Source: Paraspadella gotoi
Taxonomy: Eukaryota > Animalia > Chaetognatha
Length of the DNA stretch: 64,000 bases
NCBI GenBank assembly: GCA_051294375.1
Contig: CM119263.1
Coordinates: 20,894,684 to 20,958,683, forward strand
Direction: 5' to 3'
The notes under the pieces were generated by a model. The model was not told the DNA's origin. It made no database searches and saw nothing but the letters and a program-made list of their open reading frames with translations. The translations under genes and the position numbers were made by a program. Position 1 is the first letter of the stretch; the number at the start of each line of letters is the position of its first letter. This document shows positions 12,221-25,499 of the stretch, piece after piece.

Positions 12221-13945
12221 TATTTTTTCTTCTGAATAGGGGTAGCCCCTCTCAAAGGGGTGAATCAAAAATTTAGTATGAGAACATGCTCAAATGAAAA
12301 TTTATACATTTTTAAGTTTACTTTCAATGTACAAAAAAATTTCTATGTGGGTAGGGAAGTGTGTGATTGAGCTGATATGAAGTTTCGATGGAATCGTCCG
12401 AGTGGAAAAGAGTTTAAATGGAAAAACAAAAAAATTAATTTCACTATTTGAACACCAATTGCTCATGATTGGATCGGGCGATTTACCTGAAATTTTATAT
12501 GTGAGTAGGAAAGTGTGTGTTTAAAGCTGGAATCAAGTTTCGATGGAATCGGTTTGAGTTTAAATGGAAAAAAACAAAAAACCTGTTTCACTAATTGATT
12601 ATCGCTTCTTTTCTCTTTTATATTAAATGTAAATGCAAGATGTATTAAACTAATCCAAATAATTAATTAGTTACTATAATCAATTAGTCAATTAATCAAT
12701 AATAATTAATCAGTATATAAATCAAAACAAACATTCGATCAAAAATTAATCAAATTAATAAATCAAATTAATCAATTAATTACCGATAATGTTCGTGGGC
12801 AGATCCGAAATGGTTGCTCAAACTTGTTTTTTTACAAAAAAAAAATTTTATTCACTTTTTTTTCGCTTTTCTTGTGTGAATCAGCAGGGCACGAACCCGA
12901 GTCCTTTGGCGCTACTGGACGAGTAAAGGGGCTGTTTAGCTACTCTCTCTCTTTTAATTATATGTCACTCTCTCTTTTTTCTTCTTGCATAGGGGTAGCC
13001 CCTCTCAATCGCGTGAGTCATAAATTTATAATGAGAACCTGCTCAAACGAAAATCTATACATTTTTAATTATATCTTTCAATGTACAAACAATTTTTATA
13101 TGGCTCTATACCCGAATATTTATTTTTTAATATTTATTTATAGAAAGGAAAGGACGTTCGACCCTATTCAGATTCGTCTAAAAACGAGTTCAGCTCTGAA
13201 GCGGCTGTCCAGCGGCTGTCCAGCTTTCTCTCTCTCTCTCTTGCTCTCTTTCTCTGTGTCTCTCTCTCTGTCTCTCTCTCTGTTTCTCTCTCTCTGTCTC
13301 TCTCTCTATGTCTCTCTCTCTGTCTCTCTCTCTGTCTCTCTCTGTACGATCTCTTTGCGTGATCGTGCGTTTTTCGAAAAATTCTGATTATTTTTCTCTT
13401 TCTAAAAACTTTTATTATCGCCATTTATTCCGCGCTTTTTCCTCAATACAAAATCCTAAAATTTACATCCGAGTTTTTCATGGATTTATATTACGGCTCT
13501 TAGATTTAGTCAGAAATGTTTTATGTTTGAAAACAAAGTTCGTACACTCTCTCTCTCTCTCTCTCTCACTCATATACGCGTTTGTTTGTTTTATTTACGA
13601 TGAATGACTCATCGCGTCAATGCAGGACTAAAATCGCATCAGTGAATGACTATCATCGCATCAATCATTTGGTTATCTTCGCATCAATTATTGATTATCA
13701 TTGCATCAATTTTTGGTTATTATCGCATCAATTATTGGTTACCATCGAAAGCTGGCTCGATATTATGCTTTTAAGATTTTTTTTTGTCTTTTTTTTTTAA
13801 ATAAATTAATTTTGAAAGAAAAATAATCAAGCTCGTGTGTAATTATGTAGTTTCCAACACAGCGAAACTAGAATGCGGCCAGCACAAGAATACTCTCACA
13901 ACTGTCTTGAAATCTTACCACTGTCCTTTCTCAATTCTTTGTTGG

Positions 13946-14000
<55 letters not shown>

Positions 14001-14046
14001 ACTCTCTCTATCCCCAACTTTATGATTGTGAAAAATACAACTGTCA

Positions 14047-14090
14047 AATGCTGATGAAGACTCGAAAACAAGAGTCGAAAGATGTCCAAT
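14047..14090 (+). ncRNA. Minimal type-I hammerhead ribozyme motif (stem-II variant B)
   Basis: aatg-CTGATGA-A-GACTC(gaaaacaa)GAGTC-GAAA-gATG-TC-caat. Core intact; the helix-III loop carries C>G and stem I is imperfect. Same upstream element body as the copy at 460. Confidence 0.75.
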
Positions 14091-14691
14091 ACTTTGTAAT
14101 AAAATAGAAAACTTTCGTTTCGAATCTCCTGACCATTTTCCTAAACTTTTATCTATTTTGTTTAACATTTTTTTGGCTCATTTTAATCTGTATAACAAGG
14201 AACGAGCTGGTCAATTAATTCATAAACTAATAATTTTGAAATGAGAAATGGGTTTTAATATTTACATTTAATTGTATCTTCTGCCTCTTTGATGCCCATT
14301 CCCGATATCATAGTCGCATTAATCACCAATTTTTGCTCTCTGGTGGTCTGCAGTTGGTTATGTCTTAAGCCCTGGTCCCAGCCACCAATATTGTGCATAA
14401 AAAGAAAGCTGTCTTTACCAGCTTTCAGAATTTCCCCATCCCAGATCTCTGTATTAGCAACCGTTGGTGCTTTGTTCAATACTCTTTGTACATTCAATCC
14501 ATCCAGCCCTCTCTTTTGATGGCCGAATTTGTTCACTCAATAAAAAATATTTTTTTATTATTAGATTTATTATTAGATTTAATAAACATTTTTTTATAAT
14601 AATATCCTTTGACAAGGATAGCTCAATCAGAATTCAAAAAGATACTTTTGTCTTTTTTAGTACCTCNNNNNNNNNNNNNNNNNNNNNNNNN

Positions 14692-14727
<36 letters not shown>

Positions 14728-15102
14728 CCGGAGATCAAGGATGTCTGTCTGAATGATGGGCAAGACTTAGGTGGAAATCGCGCGAAAATCCTCGTCTCAA
14801 ACGAGAATCAGCAATTTGATCCGAGGCGAGAAAGCAATTGGATCGGGATCGTTCAAGCGATAGGATTGCAAGCCGCCAAGCAGATGTTACCCCACGGCGG
14901 TCGTTAAATTGCATTTGTCAGTTTCTCTCACGCTGCGTCGCAGCGCGATGTTGCAAGTTGCTAAAAAACAATGGAACTTACAATTTTTTTCTCTTACTAA
15001 AAGAAAATCAAATTTAAAATCATTTTGTTGCACTTGCAGTATTGTTCACTAAATTAGAGAACTGTAACACGTCGGGTGGGGACGTAACTTAAAATACTCA
15101 CA

Positions 15103-17326
15103 GTCGAAAGACCGTGTCGCTTCGCCGGGTCCTGGCTCTATAATCATTCAAGATTCCTTCTTTGTGACGTAGACGTCGTCGTCGTTATGACTTGAAAAAG
15201 GCATTCGTCGTCCAAGTATGTCATCCTTCAGAATCGCCTCCCCCCCGGGGGCGCTGCTAGGGCGGCCCCTCGGGGTGGCCCCGCGGGACTGCCCCGGGGG
15301 CAAGCAAATCCTTACTGCCTGGGGGCGGCCCCTGTAGCCTCTTTTTTTTGGGCCCCAAGGGGCCACTCCAGGGGGAATCCCCCAGGGCTAGAAAAACCTT
15401 TCCCCTGGGGGCCACCCCCAGGGGAATGAATTTGCTGCCCCTGGAACGGCTCTCTCTCCCTCCTATTTCTCCTCTCTCTTCTTCACTTTCTTTCTCTCTT
15501 TCTCTATCTCTTTTCTTTTTTCATCTTTTATTAAAATAAATTATAAAATAAAATAATTATTTCACTTCAATTAATCAATCAATAAACCAATAGCTGCGCC
15601 AATACCAATATGCATAATTTGGTCAACTTGCATGTCAAATGACATAATTTGGTCCAACTGAACATAATTTGGACAACTGGATATAATTTGGTCAACTTTT
15701 AGAATTTGTAAACTTTTATAATTTGGTCAACTTTTTATAATTTGGTCAACTTTTACAATCTTGGTCAACTTTAACAATTTGGTCAACCTGACATATTTAG
15801 TAATTTTTTGTTATAATTTAGTCAACTTGCATAATTTGGTTAACCTTCATAATTTGGTAAACTTTCATAATTTGGTCAACTGACATAATTTGGTCAACTG
15901 ATATAATTTGGTCAACTTTTAGAATTGGTAACTTTTATAATTTGGTAAACTTTTCATAATTTGGTCAACTGTCATAATTTGGACAACTTGCATAATTTGG
16001 TCAACTTGCGTAATTTGGTCATACAATCAACTTAACAATTAACTAATTATTATAATTTCATCTGTAAAAAATAAAAAGAGAGAAAGAGTGAAAAAATTTT
16101 TAATATAATTCAAGTAAATGTGACTTTTGTTTTTTCTATTAAAACTCACTTTCACTTGCATACTTTTTTACCCACACACAAAATTTTATTTAATTCATTT
16201 ATGAAATTTTAAATAGGTAGAATAAATAGTAGGATGGTTTTTTTTTTAATTAAACTTATAAAAAAATTAATTAATTAATTAATTATTAATACCAGTCTTT
16301 AAGTCCGTCCCACATTAGCATTAAACAAAATTATTCATGATTAGATATATGGATTGAATAAATCTTGTTAGTGGGTAGAAAAGTGTGTGACTGAGCTAGA
16401 TAAAGTTTTGCTCACTTTCTCTCTCAAACATCAGCCTTTCCTCAACAAGTGAGTTCATCTGAGGCAATCTACAAACTGACAATTATTAATTACAAATCTT
16501 AAATGAAAAAAATTATTTCACGTTAACAATAATTTGAAAAAAAATGTAAATTTTTTTTAGTTACATAAAACAAGTCTTGAAAGATAGAAGAGAGGAAAAG
16601 ATAGAGAGAGAGAAAGAAAAAGAAAGAAAGAAAAAGAAAAAGATAGAAAAAAAGAGAGAGAGAGAGAGATAAAGTGTGAGAGAAAGAGAGAAGAGAGAGT
16701 AACAGACAGGGAGAGATATTCTCAGATACAATAACATTGTCAGAAAGTATATTTTTTTATCTAAACTTTGCTCTCTCCTTAACTCGCCCTGGGGAGCACT
16801 TTTTTGCTCCCCAAGGGGTTACCCCCAGGGGCAGACTTTTTTTGGCCCCAGGGGGCCGCCCCGGGGGGTTCCCCCTGGGGCAAACATTTTGGTCTATTAG
16901 GGCGCCCCTCAATGACCATTTTGCTGCTCCCCCTGGAATAGTCTGCCCCCTGGGGCCGCCAGAGCCGCCCCGCGGGCGGAGGATTTGGGAGATGACATAT
17001 CTCTCGTCGTCGTAGTCGTCGTCTGCTGCACGCATTTTTGCAATCATGGCTTCTAAAAGTGTGATATCATAGGGAGTTGAAAATTTATATATGGCTTCTA
17101 ATCATCAAGATCTTTAAAATTGTTATGTTCCATATCAATATTCCTATTTTTTATGTTTTATTTACCAAACAAAAACCTTTTAATTATATGTCTCTTTCCC
17201 TCTCTCTTTCTTTTAATTATATGTCGCTCTCTCTCTCTCTCTCTCTTTTTCTCAGTCACTCTTCTTCTGATTTGTCTAAAAACGAGTTCTGGCTCTGCAG
17301 CGTCAAGCAGCATCGTCCAGCTTCTT

Positions 17327-17358
<32 letters not shown>

Positions 17359-17978
17359 AACAAAAAAATTGTATATTTAAATATATATTGTGGGCTCACC
17401 AATATTGAAGACGATGCCGTCAGCAGTTCACCATCCGTTCTCCCTTTTTCTTCCTTTTTTTTTCCGCTTTTCTTGTATGAATCACAAGGGCGCAAACCCA
17501 AATCCTTCAGATTGGGAGGAGTTCGCGCTACCTCGGGCACCATAGGTACTTTGACTTATTATTTGGACGAGTAAAAGGGCTATTGAGCTTCTCTCTCTCT
17601 CTCTTTATAATATGTCGCTCTCTCTCTCTCTTTTTCTTCGTTGCTGCTGCTTCTGATTCCAGCGGCTGTCAGGCTTCTCTCTATCTCTCTTTTAATTATA
17701 TGTCGCTCTCTCTTTCTCTCTTTTTTTCTTCTGAATAGGGGTAGCCCCTCTCAATGGGGTGAATCAAAAATGTAGTATGGGAACATGCTCAAACGAAAAT
17801 TTATGCATTTTTAAGTATATTTTCAATGTTCAAAAATTTTTTTATATGGCTCTATACCCAAATATTTATTTTTTAATATTTATTTATAGAAAGGAAAAGA
17901 GTTTGGCCCTACTCAGATTCGTCGAAAAACGAGTTCAACTCTGCAGCGGCGGTCCAGTGGCTGTTCAGCTTCTCTCTA

Positions 17979-18014
<36 letters not shown>

Positions 18015-19572
18015 TATTTTTTCTTCTGAATAGGGGTAGCCCCTCTCAAAGGGGTGAATCAAAAATTTAGTATGAGAACATGCTCAAATGAAAATTTATA
18101 CATTTTTAAGTTTACTTTCAATGTACAAAAAAATTTCTATGTGGGTAGGGAAGTGTGTGATTGAGCTGTATATGAAGTTTCGATGGAATCGTCCGAGTGG
18201 AAAAGAGTTTAAATGGAAAAAACAAAAAAATTAATTTCACTATTTGAACACCAATTGCTCATGATTGGATCGGGCGATTTACCTGAAATTTTATATGTGA
18301 GTAGGAAAGTGTGTGTTTAAGCTGGAAATCAAGTTTCGATGGAATCGTTTGAGTTTAAATGGAAAAAACAAAAAACCTGTTTCACTAATTGATTACGCTT
18401 CTTTTTCTTTTTATATTAAATGTAAATGCAAGATGTATTAACTAATCAAATAATTAATTAGTTACTTAATCAATTAGTCAATTAATCAATAATTAATTAA
18501 TCAGTATATAAATCAAAACAAACATTTCGGATCAAAAATTAATCAAATTAATAAATCAAATTAATCAATTAATTACCGATAATGTTCGTGGGCAGATCCG
18601 AAATTGGTTGCTCAAACTTGTTTTTTTACAAAAAAAAATTTTATTCACTTTTTTTTCGCTTTTCTTGTGTGAATCAGCAGGGCACGAACCCGAGTCCTTT
18701 GGCGCTACTGGACGAGTAAAGGGGCTGTTTAGCTACTCTCTCTCTTTTAATTATATGTCACTCTCTCTCTCTTTTTTTCTTCTGCATAGGGGTAGCCCCT
18801 CTCAATCGGGTGAGTCATAAATTTATAATGAGAACCTGCTCAAACGAAAATCTATACATTTTTAATTATACTTTCAATGTACAAACAATTTCTTATATGG
18901 CTCTATACCCGAATATTTATTTTTTAATATTTATTTATAGAAAGGAAAGGAGTTCGACCCTATTCAGATTCGTCTAAAAACGAGTTCAGCTCTGAAGCGG
19001 CTGTCCAGCGGCTGTCCAGCTTTCTCTCTCTCTCTCTCTGTCTCTTTCTCTGTGTCTCTCTCTCTGTCTCTCTCTCTGTTTCTCTCTCTCTGTCTCTCTC
19101 TCTATGTCTCTCTCTCTGTCTCTCTCTCTGTCTCTCTCTGTACGATCTCTTGCGTGATCGTGCGTTTTTCGAAAAATTCTGATTATTTTTCTCTTTCTAA
19201 AAACTTTTATTATCGCCATTTATTCCGCGCTTTTTCCTCAATACAAAATCCTAAATTTACATCCGAGTTTTTCATGGATTTATATTACGGCTCTTAGATT
19301 TAGTCAGAATATGTTTTATGTTTGAAAACAAAGTTCGTACACTCTCTCTCTCTCTCTCTCACTCATATACGCGTTTGTTTGTTTTATTTACGATGAATGA
19401 CTCATCGCGTCAATGCAGGACTAAAATCGCATCAGTGAATGACTATCATCGCATCAATCATTTGGTTATCTTCGCATCAATTATTGATTATCATTGCATC
19501 AATTTTTGGTTATTATCGCATCAATTATTGGTTACCATCGAAAGCTGGCTCGATCATTATGCTTTTAAGATT
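15103..19572 (+). mobile_element. Helentron/DINE-1-like element (duplicate of 9208-13778)
   Basis: Same head, nested GC-rich-IR element and tail (aaagctggctcgatcattatgctttt at ~19541-19566). Confidence 0.55.
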
Positions 19573-19739
19573 TTTTTTTGTCTTTTTTTTTTAAATAAAT
19601 TAATTTTGAAAGAAAAATAATCAAGCTCGTGTGTAATTATGTAGTTTCCAACACAGCGAAACATGAATGCGGCCAGCACAAGAATACTCTCACAACTGTC
19701 TTGAAATCTTACCACTGTCCTTTCTCAATTCTTTGTTGG

Positions 19740-19789
<50 letters not shown>

Positions 19790-19829
19790 TCTATCCCCAA
19801 CTTTATGATTGTGAAAAATACAACTGTCA

Positions 19830-19873
19830 AATGCTGATGAAGACTCGAAAACAAGAGTCGAAAGATGTCCAAT
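19830..19873 (+). ncRNA. Minimal hammerhead ribozyme motif (duplicate of 14047-14090)
   Basis: CTGATGA 19834-19840, GACTC/GAGTC stem, GAAA 19860-19863, GATG-TC. Confidence 0.7.
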
Positions 19874-20814
19874 ACTTTGTAATAAAATAGAAAACTTTCG
19901 TTTTCGAATCTCCTGACCATTTTCCTAAACTTTTATCTATTTTGTTTAACATTTTTTTGGCTCATTTTAATCTGTATAACAAGGAACGAGCTGGTCAATT
20001 AATTCATAAACTAATAATTTTGAAATGAGAAATGGGTTTTAATATTTACATTTAATTGTATCTTCTGCCTCTTTGATGCCCATTCCCGATATCATAGTCG
20101 CATTAATCACCAAATTTTTGCTCTCTGGTGGTCTGCAGTTGGTTATGTCTTAAGCCCTGGTCCCAGCCACCAATATTGTGCATAAAAAGAAAGCTGTCTT
20201 TACCAGCTTTCAGAATTTCCCCATCCCAGATCTCTGTATTAGCCAACCGTTGGTGCTTTGTTCAATACTCTTTGTACATTCAATCCATCCAGCCCTCTCT
20301 TTTGATGGCCGAATTTGTTCACTCAATAAAAAAATATTTTTTTATTATTAGATTTATTATTAGATTTAATAAACATTTTTTTATAATAATATCCTTTGAC
20401 AAGGATAGCTCCAATCAGAATTCAAAAAGATACTTTTGTCTTTTAGTACCTCTAATATCTCATGAATAGATAAAAGTAAAAGAACAGTAAAAGACAATTA
20501 TCAGTGGAGATTAAGCCAAACAACTCTGATCTTTAAAGTTTAATAACCAATTTCATTTACTTAATTTTATTGTTGATATCAGTTTTAGTTTTTGTCACAT
20601 TGTATTGCTTTAAAAGAGTTTTGTTTCATGCTTTTGTTTTTTATTCATTATATAAATTTTTTTAAAAAATAATAAAACAAAGTTTTTAACGTTTACAAAC
20701 AATAAATTTTGTAAATATTAAAAATAAACCTCTCTGTTCTCAATAAAATAGAAGAAAAAAAGAATATCAAACTTGACATAAATGTAACAATAATGTGAAG
20801 TAGTTACTGAAGGA

Positions 20815-22797
20815 CCTTAGAGGTCCCAGAAATATCATACATTTATGAAAGTTCCTGATACCTGCAAAGTTTCCAGAATCGAAGGCCGGTAGACTACGCG
20901 GGTCTACAGCTCCTCTTCTCCTCCTCACGGGGATTCGGGGTCGCGTTCAAGTTTAGGGCAGTCCATCTTCTCTCTCTCTCTCCGCCTCTTTCTCTCTCCC
21001 TTTTTTCGGACATTTTATTATTTTTCGGATAGAGTTTAGACCTCAGTTGTAAAATACATTTATTCTCCTCCCATTCATTTCGGTTTCTACTAGACTTGAG
21101 ACACAGTTAGGCCCCGAGCCCACCAGTTAGAGTGGCGCCCAATGTGCCAAATTTAGTGGAGAAAACGAATATCACTATAAAAAATTTTCCTGGATGCTCA
21201 TTATGGATTTTCCACGCCAGTTTTTGCGTTGAACCACTTCCGGTTTTAAAAATTCAGGATTTTTGGAAATAAATAAGCTGTTATTCAGCCAGCATACTTA
21301 AATTAATCAAAATAAAGTTACCAATAACCTTAATATTACATTTTTTATTTTAGTTTATAAATCAGGTTATAAAAATATTATTACAAATGGCGTCAAGTTA
21401 AAACTTCATAATTCTTTTAAGCCAAATTGGCCCTGACCAAACTACTTTACTAATTTTAATAAAATTTTACTGTCTGGTTAAACAAATAGAACTGTCTAAG
21501 GGATTTTAAATTTTTAATCCTTAAACCAATGTATTGGCTTTTAAAAAGATTACCAAGTGATGCAAAAAGTAGCAAATTAGATGGAAGGCAACTTGGCCTT
21601 TGCAGCTAGCAAGCCTCTCACTCAACCCTTACCCTAAACCGGGCCCTAAACAAAACCTTAATCTTAATCAGTTTCCCTGGCTTGGGATATCTAACCTAAC
21701 CCTAGCCCTAACCCTAATGTGGGCTTTTTGTCTTACCCGAGCAACCTTTCCCCTAATCTTAACCCAAGCTCGTGTACTTCCTGCTCAACCTTAACCCCAA
21801 ACCGGTCCCTGATCCAAACCCTCACCAGTTTCCCTGGCTGGTGAAATCTGCAGAGAGCCACTTCCTTAGCCCTAACCCTAACCTAGGCTTCCTGTTTTAT
21901 ATCATGCCAGAACTCTAACCCTGCATCACTCCAGAACCTCTCCACCAACCCTCACATCAGCCTGAGGTTCACCTCTGAGCCTCAACTCAGGCATCCCTGC
22001 TTCCCAGCAATCAATAAGGCTAAACTTTAATTCTTAATTTTCTTCCCCAGTACTTTCCCTAACCCTAACCCAAGCTTCCTGTCCTTTTCTAAGCCTGTCC
22101 AAATTGCAATATCATAATACTTAATCATGGCAACCTAGCCAAATGATAATTTTGTTGTAAGCGAGCTTAGAAAGGCTTGTACTAGGGATATTAAGATTTG
22201 AGGCTTGCAAATGAATAAGAGGCCTAGACTAGGGTTTTGGTTGGGAGAGAGGTTTTGGGTTAAGGTTGAGTGGGAGGCTTGCTCGCCACAAAGGACAAGG
22301 CACCTTTTATCTAATTTGGCAAACCTTTAAAGGCAACATCTTGGCTTAAGGATTAAATATTTAAAATCCTTTAGAGAATTCTATTTATATAACCGAATCA
22401 TACTTTCTTATACAATCTTATTAGAATTTGTAGAGTAATTTGGTCAGGGACGATTTGGCTTAAAAAAACTAATAATTTCTAATTTGAAGTCTTTCTTAAT
22501 AATAATTTTTTAACCTTATTTAAAAACCACAACAAAAAATTTAGTAATAAGGTTATTAATAACTTTATTTTGATTAATTTAAGTATGCTGGCTGAATAAC
22601 AGCTCATTTTTTTTCAAAAATACTAATTTTTTAAAACCGGAAGTGGTACGACGCAAAAACTGGCGTGGAAAATCCATCAAGAGCATTCAGGGAAATTTTT
22701 TATTGTGATATTTGTTTTCTCCACTAAATTTGGCACAAGAAACTTTGCAGGTATCAGGAACTTTCAAAAATGCATGGTATTTCTGGGAGCTCTAAGG
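20815..22797. mobile_element. Foldback/long-TIR non-autonomous DNA transposon with a telomere-like (CCCTAA-rich) core
   Basis: 20815-20873 pairs with ~22738-22797 (ccttagag...gttcctgatacctgcaaagtttc). ~21143-21650 pairs with ~22240-22737 (gtgccaaatttagtggagaaaac, ggattttccacgccagtttttgcgt, aaccacttccggttttaaaa). Centre has degenerate taaccc units. Confidence 0.8.
20874..21142 (+). mobile_element. Insertion in the left TIR; possible LTR 3' part plus tRNA-Lys-type primer-binding site
   Basis: Absent from the right TIR. Ends in TGGCGCCCAA, which matches the first 10 nt of the tRNA-Lys(CUU) PBS TGGCGCCCAACGTGGGG. Confidence 0.35.
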
Positions 22798-23522
22798 CTT
22801 AAACCTAAAATTGTAGCTTTGTACAATAAAAAATATAAATTTGGAATTTAATAAAAAATATTTTCGAATGTAAAAATAAAATAATAGTTTATATACATAT
22901 TTAGGTAGGATCAACTAAATTTTTTTCCGATAATTATTAAATTTTTGTTTCCGCTACAATAAGAGATAGGAATTTTTTCGCCATTTTCCCGTGCAAAGAA
23001 AAATTAATGACTATCACCATTCAAATTCCTTTAATGATAGACCCTTAAGCTTATGATATCATTTTTATCACTGGGTCCCCTTAGTACTACGCGTAGTACA
23101 AATCCTTGTTGGATCAAAATAAGTTCGATTTTAAGCGAAAGTTGATCGGTTTGAAGCTCGATTTTCGCGATCGCTTTTTTGTCATAACTTTTGAACAGAT
23201 TATCCGATTTTGATAAAATTTTGTATGAAGATAATATTCAAAATTTCCTATCGATTGGTGCCCAATTCATTGAAAAATACTTAATGGTTTAGAAACGATG
23301 CACACCCACAATTTAAAGGAAAACATTAATTCGTATTATTTACTGCTAGTTCAGACCCAAAAGTCAACATCTACGACATTCTTTTTCAACTTATTAAGTA
23401 AGTATTTTGCACTACGAAAATTTATTATGAACGTGATTATGATGGCAGTGTTTTGTTTTAACAATCAAAGAATAAAAAAAATGTTATCAACTCAACTCCT
23501 CCAACTTGCTTTTACCAACGCA

Positions 23523-23652
<130 letters not shown>

Positions 23653-25418
23653 TCAAGTGTCTCATTCATCCCAATTTTCGTCCTGCTTCATTATTTCCTT
23701 TTTCCCCATTCAACCCTATCAGCCACCGACTCTTTTTAATTTAATTCCGTATCCAATAGCTTATTCATCTTATTCCCTTCCCTCTTTTTCCGCTCCAATG
23801 TTTTCTTCTCCTCATATTTCTCAACATTTATTTTCAATTCTTTTTTATTTCTCTTTACTTTCTTTTCAGCCATTTTCCATTCTTCCTTTCTTACTTCCTT
23901 AAATCGCCGTCGGAGAATCTCTATAATTCACTTTTTGGTCGGTCGGTCTGAATATATATTTTTTTAATAAATTTTAGTATATTTTAATTTTTAGGAATTA
24001 AAGCTATGCTATATATTATTTAATATCAGTTAATATAGAGTACATAGTGTTTTAGACTTTTTCAGTTTTAGTCATATAATAAATGTAATAATAAAATCAG
24101 TGTGGAGTAACAAATCGAAATCCCTGTTCCGTTTTTATTCCTTCTTATGATTTTATCTCTGTAATTAATTCTCCTTTTTTGGCATTCTCTCTTTCCTTCT
24201 TTTCCTTCCTCCACTTTCCTTCCTTTTTTTCCTTCCTTTCCTGCCTCCACTATCATTCCTCCAACTTCAGCTCGATTGGTCCGATCCTCGACACCCAATC
24301 GCTTCTCCGCATGCGATTTTAAGGAGGAATTCTCGTTCGACGTGGATCTCTACATTCATCCATCAAACCATCCATCAGTACATTCATCGATTCATTCATT
24401 CCTGCTTGCTTACGTTCTACCATTCGTTCATTCAAATATTAACCTATTCATTTCTCCATCCTTCTTATCACCGATTATTTAGTCCTTTTACATTCATCCA
24501 TCCATTACACTAAGCAAGAGTCCTTCTGTCCATTCATCCTTTCATCCATGTCACAATCAATCCGACAGTTCCCCAATTCAAACATTCAATCATTCATCCC
24601 TTAGTTCCTTCTACCATCTTTCAATCCATTCATTCATCAATCTTGTCGATCCTTGTTGGTCACGAGTCAGAATTGGATGCTGCCCAAATTTAAACTGACC
24701 TTACCTTCTCCGCCCCTCACGCAATAAAATCGAGACCCTCGAGTTTTTAAATGAATTAAAAATAGATTTTTATGATCAAAATAAAAAATTTACGGGGGAA
24801 AATTAGGCTCAGTAAGTTTCAAATTCAAAGATAGAGACTATGAGGTCAGGGTCAACAATCCAAAAATGTACTTAGAAATGCTCGTAAGATATGATTCGTA
24901 TCTATTACGTAAATAAATATACATAAAATGCCAACAAGCTTGGAATAAAAGTACCAAAGAAAATAAAAAAAGAATACAAAGCAGAACAAAATGATGTAAC
25001 CGCAATGGAAAAACAAGTAAACAAGAAAGAAAGAAGACCATTAGGGTCATCGACAATAGTGAAGACCAAATGACCAAGAGTCCAGGTCGTTGACATTTCC
25101 TCCTCCTTTTTTGTCATTTTCTCATTTTCGGACGAAGAATATTTTCAATAAAACATCGAATCTTCTGCAGTCGATATTTGATACCAGACTTAGAATTGTC
25201 TTCTTGGGTAGGAGGGAGAGGGAGATAGGGATAGATCATAGAGAGATCGAGATGGAGACCGAAAACAGCGTCAAGCGTGACCATTCTTCCATTGTTCCCC
25301 CTCATATTAAAAACAATAACGGGGTGCAATAATCATAAAAAAGAGAATATGAACGGAAACAAATATTGGTAGTAATTCATTCTGGGGACAAAGGTCGAGG
25401 AATGACGTTTTTAATGAT

Positions 25419-25499
<81 letters not shown>

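Larger units (their letters stand above)
9208..13778 (+). mobile_element. Helentron/DINE-1-like element with nested insertions
   Basis: Degenerate head (tcgaaagaccgctgtcgcttcgccgggtcctg), (GTC)n, shared body, and tail atcgAAAGCtGGCTCGATattatGCTTTtaaga followed by a T-run (13744-13790). Confidence 0.55.
8727..20452. repeat. Apparent tandem duplication of a ~5.8-5.9 kb unit (8727-14666 and 14692-20452); probable assembly redundancy
   Basis: Both units begin (AG)n-gcaccggagatcaaggatg and end ttttagtacctc. They are separated by a 25-N gap and differ mainly by 1-nt indels. Confidence 0.85.

Noticed and set aside
14255-14536. 93-aa minus-strand ORF as a gene
   Set aside because: No recognisable motif, frame not preserved in the duplicate at ~20040-20320, and no convincing splice partners.
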